Below, in pieces: positions 1 through 12,300 of a stretch of DNA of 64,000 bases. The stretch spans positions 16,723,432 through 16,787,431 of the forward strand of contig NC_092679.1 of NCBI RefSeq assembly GCF_964355755.1. The letters run 5' to 3'. Each line of letters begins with the position of its first letter. Position 1 is the stretch's first letter. This DNA is from Antedon mediterranea (Eukaryota > Animalia > Echinodermata). Both the position numbers and the translations under genes were made by a program. The notes under the pieces were generated by a model that worked only from the letters and a program-made list of their open reading frames with translations, was not told the origin of the DNA and did not search any database.

Positions 1-225
1 TTATACGCACCGTGCGGTTAGATATCTATATTATACGCACCGTGCGATAGAACTATAAGATACTACAGTAGATACTAACCGGTTAGAATATACGCTATAT
101 TAACCATAGATATGAACACTATATATATTTAACGCTATAAATACAGTAGATCAAACTGCTACCACAAAATATCACAACAGTACTGTAGATAAATACACAG
201 TTAAGTCGAACAGTAGATCAAAATA

Positions 226-691
226 ACCGCTGCCACCAAATTATGTCACGAACTCCTCTTACGTATGTTTCCGAGCGGTTGAAAATACTTTAGGAACTCC
301 CTTGTGACATAAAAGTATACAAACAAAATCCACAAAGTTGTAAAATAACTCAAAAACAAAGCTTTAATTTCAATCAACTTCAACTTTTAACAATCCAGTA
401 AGCACTTTAAACAACAGCTTCACAATGACTTTACAATATAACATCCAACCTCTAATCCAACAACCTTACAATAGTTTACATCCCTTTATATACAAGATGC
501 TCCTATCCTTCTAGATCATTCTTTATACTTCTCATTATTACATGATTACAGTTTCTATTAATAGCACTTCTGGAATGTTCTTGATTGTTCTTATTAATTA
601 TACATGGTTTATTAAATCAAAACATCTTATTCTAGAATGTTCATGTAAATACTATGTTACTCTATATGTTAGGGAATGGTAATTTATTACA
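226..691 (-). mobile_element. 5' LTR of an LTR retrotransposon with a tRNA-Leu primer-binding site
   Basis: The minus strand reads TGTAAT (691) ... TATATAAAG (TATA-like, about 484-492) ... ATTAAA (363-368) ... CGTGACA (244), a 5-nt spacer, then TGGTGGCAGCGGT (238-226), complementary to the 3' end of eukaryotic tRNA-Leu(AAG/TAG) (...ACCGCTGCCACCA). The outer LTR boundary (691 versus 752) is uncertain. Confidence 0.65.
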
Positions 692-869
692 ATGATTAAC
701 ACTATATATATATTTAACGCTATAGAACACCTTAGGCCTAATACTTGTTACACATCTGTACGCTATGATACCCTATCTAACCGCGTCAGTTTATAGATAC
801 CATCGCTATTGCCCTTATATATATAATATAGCCGCATTAACGCTTATAGATACCGTATCTATAGGCCAC

Positions 870-2850
870 ACACTATAAACATCTATTTGCTAGATCTAAG
901 CGCATTAACGGTTAAATATAATGCTATACACTATAGACATCTATTCTCTAAATATCTAAGCGCATTAACGGTTAGATATCTATAGGCTACGCTATAGACA
1001 TCTATTCGCTAGATATCTAAGCGCATTAACAGTTAGATATCCATAGGTTATGCTATACATCTATTCGCTAGATATCTACGCATTAACGGTTAGATATCCA
1101 TAGGCTATACGCTATAGACATCTATTCGCTAGATATCTAAGCGCATTAAAAGATATCCATAGGCTACGCTATAGACATCTATTCGCTAGATATCTAAGCG
1201 CATTAAAAGATATCCATAGGCTACACTATAGACATCTATTCGCTAGATATCTAAGCGCATTAAAAGATATCCATAGGCTACGCTATAGACATCTATTCGC
1301 TAGATATCTAAGCGCATTAACGGTTAGATATCTATAGGCTATACGCTATAGACATCTATTCGCTAGATATCTAAGCGCATTAAAAGATATCCATAGGCTA
1401 CGCTATAGACATCTATTCGCTAGATATCTACGCATTAAAAGATATCCATAGGCTACGCTATAGACATCTATTCGCTAGATATCTACGCATTAAAAGATAT
1501 CCATAGGCTACGCTATAGACATCTATTCGCTAGATATCTACGCATTAACGGTTAGATATCTATAGGCTATACGCTATAGACATCTATTCGCTAGATATCT
1601 AAGCGCATTAAAAGATATCCATAGGCTACGCTATAGACATATATTCGCTAGATATCCAAGCGCATTAAAAGATATCCATAGGCTACGCTATAGACATCTA
1701 TTCGCTAGATATCTAAGCGCATTAAAAGATATCCATAGGCTACGCTATAGACATCTATTCGCTAGATATCTAAGCGCATTAACGGTTAGATATCCATAGG
1801 CTACGCTATAGACATCTATTCGCTAGATATCTAAGCGCATTAACGGTTAGATATCTATAGGCTACGCTATAGACATCTATTCGCTAGATATCTAAGCGCA
1901 TTAACGGTTAGATATCTATAGGCTACGCTATAGACATCTATTCGCTAGATATCTAAGCGCATTAACAGTTATATATCTATAGGCTACGCTATAAACATAT
2001 ATTCGCTAGATCAAGCGCATTAGCAGTTAGATGTCCATAGGCTACGCTATAGACATCTATTCGCTAGATATCTAAGTGCATTAACAGATATCTATAGGCT
2101 TATACGATATAAACATCTATTCGCTAGATATCTAAGCGCATTAACGGTTATTATCTATAGACTTATACGCTATAAACATTTATTCGCTAGATATCTAAAC
2201 GCATTAACAGTTATATATCTATAGGCTACGCTATAAACATATATTCGCTAGATCAAGCGCATTAGCAGTTAGATGTCCATAGGCTACGCTATAGACATCT
2301 ATTCGCTAGATATCTAAGTGCATTAACAGATATCTATAGGCTTATACGATATAAACATCTATTCGCTAGATATCTAAGCGCATTAACGGTTATTATCTAT
2401 AGGCTATACGCTATAGATATCTATTCGCTATATCTAAGCGTATTAACAATTAGATATCTATAGGCTACACTATAGACATCTATTCGCTATCTATAAGCGC
2501 ATTAACGGTTACCGGTAGATATCTATTATATAGGCTATACGCTATAGACATCTCTTCTCTAGATATCTAAGCGCATTAACAGTTAGATATCTATAGACTA
2601 TACGGTACGCTATAGAAATCTATTCGCTAGATATCTAAGCGCATTTATGTTTAGATATCTATAGACTATACGTTATATACATCTCTTCTCTAGATATCTA
2701 AGCGCATTAATAGTTTGATATCTATAGACTATACGCTATAGAAATCTATTCGCTAGATATCTAAGCGCATTTAAATGGTTAGATGATATCTATAGGCTAT
2801 ACGCTATAGACATCTATTCGCTAGATGAAGCGCATTAACGGTTAGATATA
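870..2850. repeat. Minisatellite, 57-61 bp unit, about 33 copies
   Basis: Unit GCGCATTAACGGTTAGATATCTATAGGCTACGCTATAGACATCTATTCGCTAGATATCTAA with a shorter ...ATTAAAAGATATCC variant; degenerate at both edges. Confidence 0.95.
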
Positions 2851-3672
2851 TATCGCTATAAATAATATGTAACCGTTAAAGACGGACGGGTCATCTCATT
2901 ATTCCATGATTAGTTTAGGACAACATACAGTAATCATTAGAAATATTAATGATTTATGAGATTTTATGAATATTAAGAATATTTAATGACCGAGAGTCAC
3001 ATTCGGTAAAGATTAGATGAAAAGATTAAATAATAACAGTTGTAATATTTCAGTAAAGCTGAAGCTTTATTTTGTTCATTAGCCTCCGAATACGAGGCGC
3101 CCCAAGGAATTGGTAAAATAATAAGCTGTTTTAATTTGATAATCTAAGAAACAACTCGATCTGTCCCAGGAGACTACGAAATCGTTTTCTGATTTCTGTT
3201 TGTTAACTAAACGTCGGCATGAAATTAGATGATAGTCATAATTGTAATATTGAGATTAATAATTATTATTTTGAAAACATTGAGAAATGAATTGAGATGC
3301 AGTATAATAAAAATTATATATTATAACATTCATGCGAATTTGCGGAAAACTGTTTTTTTTAATTGCATACGATAAAGCAGTTACCTTAAACTGTAAAAAT
3401 TGAAAATATGAATTATCAAAAATGGAAAACTAGGCCTACAATTGAAACATTGTACATGAGACGAAGGAAGACATCAAACATTAAAACATATGAATACTCG
3501 TGGATTGAATAATAAAATATTCATGTATTACGGTATAATCTATTTCTGATATGGGATTTTTAGTGATACCGGTATATGAAAATCAATATTGTGTACACTG
3601 TCTTTTTCAACCCCACCAGTCTGGACATTTAATAGGCCTATGTTTGTAATGGTATTCAGAGACCTTGCTAAT

Positions 3673-3810
3673 GCTTGGTTCTCACTAGAGACGTAACGCA
3701 AGGTGATCTGACCAATCACAAGCGATGGATTATTTGCGCTGTCGCTTGTCATTGGTCAACACGCTTGCGTTGCGTTTACGTCCCTACATTGTGTCCTAGT
3801 GAGAAGCACG
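3673..3810. mobile_element. Short MITE, same family as the MITE at 11682-16055
   Basis: Inverted ends TTCTCACTAG ... CTAGTGAGAA; internal ACCAATCACAAGCG and CTTGCGTTGCG blocks are shared with the 11.7-kb copy. Confidence 0.65.
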
Positions 3811-3818
3811 ATGATTAA

Positions 3819-5305
3819 AGGCTGGTTTCCTGTCGACGTAAGAAGTCGAATTTTGTAACGATTCTTGCGTTTCATACGTTTCTTACGTCTCTTACGAAAG
3901 TTGAGAAAAAATTGACGTCGTTGACGTTAGTCAAGATCGTGTCGGGCCGCAGAAAAACATCTGTAGTTATGCTGCTCCCGAAAGTTGAAATTTTAGCTGT
4001 GAAACACACGTCGTATGCTTACGTCGATTTTAGTGTTGTTACGAAAGTTGAAATTTTTTTCTTACGTCGGTCAGATTTATGACGTATTTGAAACAACATC
4101 TCTGATTGGTGTTTCTTTTTAGAGCGGGTTTTATCATTTTTCGCGCGAAATGTTGAATGATGTTATTGTACCTGTAGCTTCTCAGCATCAGTGTCAGTGC
4201 AACTCAGCATCAGTGTCAGTGCAGCACACCAACATATTATTTTTTAGTAGATAGGCTAGGCCCTAGTATTAGTAATAATACTTAATTAATACTGTACTAA
4301 TAGGAATTGATTTGACCAAAATCTAATCAAACTAGCCTATAAGGAGCCTAGGCTAGTAGGCCTATGTATTATTGTATGAATCAAAATATGAATGAATTAT
4401 CCTGGCCCTTTAGGCCTAGCCTTAAATAGTTTTCAAAATTAAAAAAAGGCAAATCATTTCGGGATTCCTATTATTATTAGACCTACCTAGGCCCTAGGCT
4501 AGGCCTTGGCCTATGGGCCCAGGCATACTTTAATCGAGCATGAGATAGTACTACCGCAGTAAGATACCCATTATTTACAGGCCTATAATAAGAATAAATT
4601 TAACAAAACAATATAAATTATACAAAATCAAGCAAACAATTTTTTTTTAAAGTTACATAATAATATTATATTGCTTACAAAGGGGCTTTCTATATCTTAT
4701 CTTGTTGCAAATGTTCATTTTCGTGACGTTTCTACCGATGCTGATTGTTTATTGCACGTCCATAAATAAGAGTATTAGATTTTGATATGAGTTGTAAACT
4801 CCCTGATTAGAACATTATTAGGCCTATTATTGACACTACTGTGCATTTGTAAAGTATGTACAACATCGTAAAGTGGGCTAAAATTATAGTAGTAAATACA
4901 TACAAATGTTATTGTCCGGCTTTATTTCACTATAAGGACATACACATTACGTCATAACTCTTGTCGCTCATTGGTTGCTTGTTACGATTGCGCTTACGTC
5001 TCTTGCGAAAGTTGACTTCAAGTCAACTTTCGTAAGAGACGTAAGAAACGTGACGCAAGGGCGTTCATTCAAGCGTAAGATCAAAAATCCCGGTTTCCTG
5101 TAAAATCGGAAGAAAACGTCGTAACGCAACAATTGTTAGGTCATCGGTTTCCTGTAAAATCGTTTGTCGTTACCATTTTTCTTACGTTGCGTCGATTTTG
5201 TAAATTTTCGATCGTAATCGGTTTCCTGTAAAATCCGCATTTCTTACGACAAATCGACGTAGTCGCAACAAAAGTGATGTTCTTACGTCGACAGGAAACC
5301 AGCTT
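3819..5305. mobile_element. Non-autonomous DNA transposon, PIF/Harbinger-like
   Basis: 24-bp perfect TIR core GCTGGTTTCCTGTCGACGTAAGAA / TTCTTACGTCGACAGGAAACCAGC; TAA on both flanks (3816-3818, 5306-5308); subterminal CTTACG/CGTAAG and GGTTTCCTGT repeats; no transposase ORF. Confidence 0.8.
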
Positions 5306-6193
5306 TAACTCTCTATACAAAACCCACATTATTCTTTTATATTTTTAAAATAAGCCTTTATATGAAAAAAAATAAAAAATTAATTAATTTAGCTATAAAA
5401 ACGACAATAAAAAGAGAAGAAAAGATATTCTTAAGTATATAATATATATTGTTATTTAATGCATGTGAACTGTATTATTTTGTATTTTTTATTGCATAAT
5501 AGTACAAATCAAGGTTTCTTAGGTAATATTTAACGGTGTTAATGCGAAATGACCAATCAATATTGTAAGCCTGTGATTAGCATATGCTATTGAGATTATC
5601 GACAGAATCTTGTAACAATGCCCTCTTCGCGGTCAAAACACATACTACTGTCTGTGTTTTACGGATGTGTTTCTGACATATTTAAAGCTTCCAAGCCTAT
5701 ACCCCCCCCCTCCCCCCGAAAACCCAACATTCGCAGAGATATATCCTAGTTCACAAATGGAATTGGAGGGAGGTTGAACAAGAATAGTGAATCAATCTGT
5801 TTTCGTTTTTCAGATTCTACAATTGCGTATCCAGATGATTGGTGGTGTTTGGGGTATTTTTAAGTACCTCTTGTTTTGCTCTGAGTATAGATTTTTAGAT
5901 TCACATTTTAATGTTGTGCAAATTCTCGGTAGAAGAGCTCATGCTTCTAGGACGAGGGTACAATTTCCTCGTCTTTAAGTTTACATTATACAGGATGTAT
6001 GTAATCTGAAGTATTGTTATTGTGATAAATAGTTTGTAATGTAATGATTTATTGTTTCCTAATAAAAATAATGTAGGTAATTATCATAGCGATTCACGTG
6101 ACGTACTTACGTCTACACAATTCTTGATTGTAATAAAATTGTTATATGAGAATGACTTAAATGACATAGCATATCATATTATAACGTACATTA

Positions 6194-7523
6194 AAGTAGA
6201 ACTCCTATTAAGGGGACACCTTCGGGAACCAATAAAGTGTCCCTATAATAGGGGTATGTCCCCTGAATATAGGTTGTTCGAGTACTGTTAAAACAAGTTT
6301 GCTTCTTGTTCGTTTCTCAAGAAGTGTCCCCTTAATAGGGGCGTGTCCCCTGAATATGGGATATATTAATTATGCGTTGGAAAACATCATAGAGGCCCTC
6401 GTTCGTTTCACAGGAGAGTTTACCTCAATATAGGAGTGTCCTCTGAATATGGGATGTCTATGTGTTGAAACACATCATTGGCCCTGGCGTTCGTTTCACA
6501 GGAGGTATCCCCTTAAAGGCCAGGTGCGGGCAAAACAATTTCTATTGATCATACATTCCAATAGTTGTCGATCTATAGTTTCCCCCATGTTTCATAATTT
6601 TTGGAATTTTATTTATGTTACACAAGCTTGTTGAAAATAAGCACTTTCTTATCAGTGGGGGGATAGTTCAAATTACACAGTAAAATCTCTATTCTTTTGT
6701 ACACAAATTTTGTAAATAGAGAGGAATTTTAAAAAGCTATAAAAAATAAACGGTGTGGTAAAAAACGTTATCAGATGACTAAATATAGGTAATATAACTT
6801 TAATATTACATTTCTGATATTTTTATTCAACTTCAGATTTTTATTTTCATGCTATAGCAAAAATTATCCACCGTATATTCACCATCTTTTTTCACCTTCT
6901 AGGGAGTCACCAGACATGTTATTACATTAGGTTAACTACCTAACTACTGAAAAAAAGTCTTCTTGGTTTTTATAGAAGAATTTTGCCAAATTTTGTATTT
7001 GACCATATTAAGGGAAATTCATATTTTTTCGTCTTGATTTCTGTTACAAATATTTTATTTATGTACAATTAACCAAATATTATATTTAAATTCATGCCTG
7101 TACTTGAGCTTTAATAGGGGTGTGTCCCCTGAATATAGTTTGATATGTGTTGAAACACATTATTGGCCTTCGTTTGTTTCACAGGAGGTGTCCCCTTAAT
7201 AGGGGTTTGTCCCCTGGTTATGGGATGGATGTCTATGTGTTGAAACACATCATTGGCCCTCGTTCGTTTCACAGGAGGTATCCCCTTAATAGGGGTGTGT
7301 CCCCTGAATATAGTTTGATATGTGTTGAAACACATCATTGGCCCTCGTTTGTTTCACAGGAGGTGTCCCCTTAATAGGGGTTTGTCCCCTGGTTATGGGA
7401 TGTCTATGTGTTGAAACACATCATTGGCCCTCGTTCGTTTCACATGAGAGGTTACCTCAATATTGGTGTGTCATTTGAATAGGGATGCATGTCCCCCGGG
7501 ATGTAAACAATGAGGTTCTACTG
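6194..7523. mobile_element. Tc1/mariner-type MITE with internal 85-90 bp tandem repeats
   Basis: TA|AAGTAGAACTC ... GAGGTTCTACTG|TA ends; repeated unit CCCCTTAATAGGGGTGTGTCCCCTG...TGTGTTGAAACACATCATTGGCCCTCGTTCGTTTCACAGGAGG. Confidence 0.6.
6517..7110. mobile_element. Kolobok-like non-autonomous element nested in the MITE repeat
   Basis: Splits a CCCC-TTAA-TAGGGG unit with TTAA duplicated (6513-6516, 7111-7114); AG...CT termini; imperfect TIR AGGCCAGGTGCGGGCA versus AGCTCAAGTACAGGCA. Confidence 0.7.
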
Positions 7524-9310
7524 TATACTGATAAATATGTTGGTGCTACTGTAAAGTCTAAATGCCAAGTACGTTTGAGAGAAAACATAATGTAGGCTTT
7601 TCATCAGTCTCCGAAGCATATTAATTTTTCAATATACAATTAATATTTATTAGTACGTTTATTAATTTAAAAAATAATGAATTTCGCAACCTTATAACAC
7701 AGTGGAATTAAATTATAAAATAATTGAACTTCTACAAATTGATGTCAATTGGTTATTTCTACGTAATCAGAGCATAGTTACACAAGACGAAAGATCCCAT
7801 TTCTAACCAACGGAACGGCTTAATTTATTCTCCTTTTAGAGATAATTGAAAATGTACTCACCATTTTGGACCACGTATAATTATTAAGCACCTTATACTC
7901 GTCAAGAGGTCTGTTTCATCTCGCCCCATTTAACGCCAGTCACAATCTAGGTACCTATAGTGTGAAACAATTTGGCAGTGAAAACACTAACTGTGGGCTA
8001 AGCATCGATCGCTGAACGTCGCTATTTCTTGAAAAACTCCGCCTGATCGGCTACCTACCCCGGGGAATCAAATGAACTATTCCATACGCGGGTGTCAAAT
8101 AATACGCATTGTGTTAAGTACGTATGCTAATTGTCAGATGAGGGCGCAGTTCAAATAGGTTCCCTGAAACGAACTCAATATATACATTTCCTATTAACGA
8201 CGTTCACAATCATTTTTAACAACACATATTTCGTTCAAATGATAGATTTTAAATTCAGTAAAATTGATTAACACGTAAGCTAGGTCTATCAAAATATTTC
8301 CATGCGCCGATTTCGCTGAGTACCGGTACCGTACATAATACCCGTAAAGTGGGCCTAAAGATGGATTCAAGATTCAATTTATTGTCACATAATATTACAT
8401 ACATGATATTTGTTTTCCTGAGCTTAGAAAAGTAAATACAATACAATTTAAAACACAATATAAAAACGTAAAACCTTAACTGACTCATATGATTACTTCA
8501 TTTTATTTATTCTGTTTGTTATTATATTGTGGAAATAAAATTAAATTGAAATTAATTATCTTGTCAATAATAATCTGTACTTAAAATGTGTAATTTATAA
8601 CAAAGAATGGCCACAAATATGCTGAAATGTTATCAGTGTGTGGGTTCCATTCTCAGCCTAACTATTGTACTTAGAAAGCTAAATAAATATAATCGTGATG
8701 GGACCATTTAAAGTTGTGCTCGAGTTAGTAAAAAAATCGACAAGGACATTCTCTAAGTGATCGGGTAATATATGAGTTCTATGCTGTTCATATATATATG
8801 ATACACTGTTAGGAGCATAAAAACGATAAACTGAAAAAACCATCAAATTATCAAATGTATATATCTTTATATATTGTATAAAGGAATTACTGAATCATTG
8901 TTACTGAGTCCTGGTGGCCGAGGTAACTTTTGTTTTTCTTGACCTGTTTTTGTTATTTTTTTGGTCAAATAAATAAATGAAATGAAATAACTTAGGCCTA
9001 AATCATAGGTTCATTAACATTATTCACTAGTAAAAATAGATTTTAAATTATTTATTCAGGGAATGATAAATATAGGCCTATCTATGTATTACTTTTGTTT
9101 TAATAGAATTATAAACATTGGTTTAAAACAAAATATTGATGATGGTATGGTAAACATCAACTAATTATTCATTAGTCCAATGTTTACAAACAAAGTCCAT
9201 GATTACTAATCCGGCTGGACCAGTTCCAACCAGCTAGTATAAGTTCATACTTAGAGCGCGCACTCACTCCTCAGCAAGCGAGAGCGACGTGTCACCGGGA
9301 ATCGTCAGTC

Positions 9311-12300
9311 ATGGCTAGCAAAACCTACACGATCGGTAGTATACTCTCCGTTTTAATTATACTATTTGCTTATTTATACAAATGCAACCTAGACGAGCAG
9401 CTCAGGGAACATTTAGATAATGTTCTTAGAAATTTACTAAAGGTTGAAAAGAAGTTCAAAATAACGCCGAAAACGAAGGTAGCGCTAGGCCTAGGTTCTT
9501 GCACAGATGCTTTCGAAGATGGTCTTGGACTGATGAAACGTTCAGGGATAGATCCCGCTGCAGAAGCGAAACACCACAGCTACATCTCGTCGAAAGAAGA
9601 CCTAGCTCAAACGTTTGCTTATTTCTTTCAACATGGTGCAGCAGCAGAGTAAGTAAGCCCTTGTTGTCTAATTTTTATTTAGGAATGTTTTTGTGACCTA
9701 TTTAGGTTTGCAATAAAACGCTTGTCATTGTTGTGATAGTATTTCTCTCACGATGTCAAATTAATTGTCGCCGTTGAGAGCGGGCTATTTTGAATTGTCA
9801 AAAATAGAAACCAAATAGTTCGCGTAAAAGCCCACTACACCAAAATGGTTCTGATGTTTGTTTTTGTTTTACCAGGTATCAAAATGATATATATACAGTA
9901 TATTTTATACAGTATATTTATATTAGGTTTTGGGGAAATACTGTATTAGGTTATTTCATAGACATTTTGTTGCATTATTTTGACGTCTTTTTTTATACCG
10001 GTAGTATTTGTTGCAGAAGTTAATTAAATTTTTTTTCATTTCAGACGTTTTGTATCAGATAAAAGCCTATTCAAAACCCTTGTACAAGAATCAAAAGTAC
10101 CTGATACACGTTGGGCCATTGGAGGAAACGCCCCTGCCATGGCCCGCAGGATGGCTATGGAAGGACTTGAAGTGTTGCTAGGTAGCAGGCTGTCGACTAA
10201 ACAAATGAAAGAGCTTGGAACCGATGTGAAATGTTAGTATTGGTGAAACATTAAAATAAAACCGTAATTTATAGATGTACCCATTTTACAGTATCTCATT
10301 GTGTACTCAGTGGCGTAATAGCTATGAGCGCTCACTGGCTAAACCCAGGGGCTCCGGAGCTTACAGTATGGAGGCCTTGAACAGGGCCTAGAGGAAGAAA
10401 ACAGGCATATGTCGAAAAAGACTAAAAACATCGGAAACCTCTGGTCTCTTATGGTTCCTAAACCAGGGCCTTATGCCTCTGCGTTACGCCTCTGTGTGTA
10501 TTTTATTATTCTATCAAAGAATGATTACATTTTCCATTTAGTCTACAGAGTATAAACAAGATATTGATAAATTCATGACAATCCCTATTAAAAAGACATT
10601 CAGATTTAACTCATAGAGAGAGTTCACTATAATATCTCTATGGATTACCAGACTGTCCAGACTTAACTAGACTTAATAGCCTAGCCCAATAGTGCGAGAA
10701 TTCACCTAGGTATAGAATACACTGATCTATTATCTTAATGATTTTCAATTTGACACCCTATTGAAATAATCATTTAAAATGGGCATGAATAGTCTCATTG
10801 TACAGTACAGTGGTATGAATAGTAAAGTGCCTCACGCAAATGAACATATAACAATTTGTGTAGAAATTCTACTATGTATATAATACCTATGCTTTTAAAG
10901 TTTTCTAAATGAGACATACAATAGAGTAAAGATCCCAAACACATCTGTTTTATAAGTTAGTGAACTAGACCTACAGTAAAGTATTGTAACAAATAGCAAT
11001 CTGATATTTTATCATATATTTTTGTAACATATATTTTAATTTTTGTACATACAAAAATGAATCACACAACTACAGCAGCTTAATTTTTGGAGTAATATAA
11101 CTTCAGCATGAACAAACCTTGAGTTTTTGTAATGTGATCAATTTAAATTTATTATTTATGAGTCCCTAAAGCTCTGTCTACACTATCAAACTAGTTTGAC
11201 AAAAAAAGTGTGATATGCTTATAAGGGTAGTAGTATGCTTAAATATCGTAGTGATATGACATCATCATGTCCATATATGGGCACATCACATTTTTTGTCA
11301 CATAAAGTTTGATAGTGTGGCTAGAGCTTTAGTCTATAATGAATAAAAGTAAATTACAATCCTTCCTATGTACTGTACTACATTGCATGGCTGTTGTTGC
11401 TGTTCAGTTTTTTTTAGTTTTGACATCACCACTGTATAACCATTGTTTTGCTTCTTAAAACATGCATTAATAAGCAGGGATTAATTTATATTGAAGTGTG
11501 TGTTCTATTTTTATAATTTATTATTGATGTAAATATATTATATTATTTTTATATTTTACAATAGCTGTTGGAAAGCCTCTGGAAGATGAAGATGTACACA
11601 TTATATTAGAATATGATAAAGATGCACAGTGGGGGACGTACAAATCACCTCGAGCAAACCGGTTAGTAATCATGTTTTCTAAAGCTTGGTTCCCACTAGA
11701 ACGTAACGCAAGGACGTAAACGCAACGCAAGCGTTTTAACCAATGACAAGCGAAGTTATAGACAGTTAGCAATCACAAGCGAATAAGCCATCGCTTTTGA
11801 TTGGTCAATTCACTTGCGTTGCATTACGTCCTTGTGTTGACATTTCTGACTCTTTGCATGTAATGTTATTGTCTCAAATCAAAAGTAATATCATCATAAT
11901 CATTGCATTGACTTCTTATGACGTTTTCTCATGATTTTCACCTTTTGTATTTTACTTACCCATTTTCGCCATCGATTTCGGCTTGATTTGTTTGTGTTTT
12001 ATTTCTCTGTTTTTTGTTTTATGTTATTACCATATTCACACAGAGTATTGACCTTTGTATGCTTCAATATTCAATACGTTTGTGCTTGGGTGGATGGGTG
12101 TTGGTGTGTGTGTGATGGTGTGTTTGTGTGTTATATCTTATTGGTATCTTAGTTTTTTTCTTCATTGTTTCTCAGTATAAAAAATCTTTAAATAATCAGA
12201 TTACATTGCCATGTGTCATTGCTTTGAACACTATTATCATCCAAGTGTTTAAGTGCCTGATTGCCATATTCATGTAGTTTTCATAATTGTTTATACCATT

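Noticed and set aside
870-2850. CRISPR-like appearance of regular repeats (also 35197-35745, 48767-49570, 49760-50265)
   Set aside because: Head-to-tail units with no unique spacers, no cas genes and a eukaryotic context.
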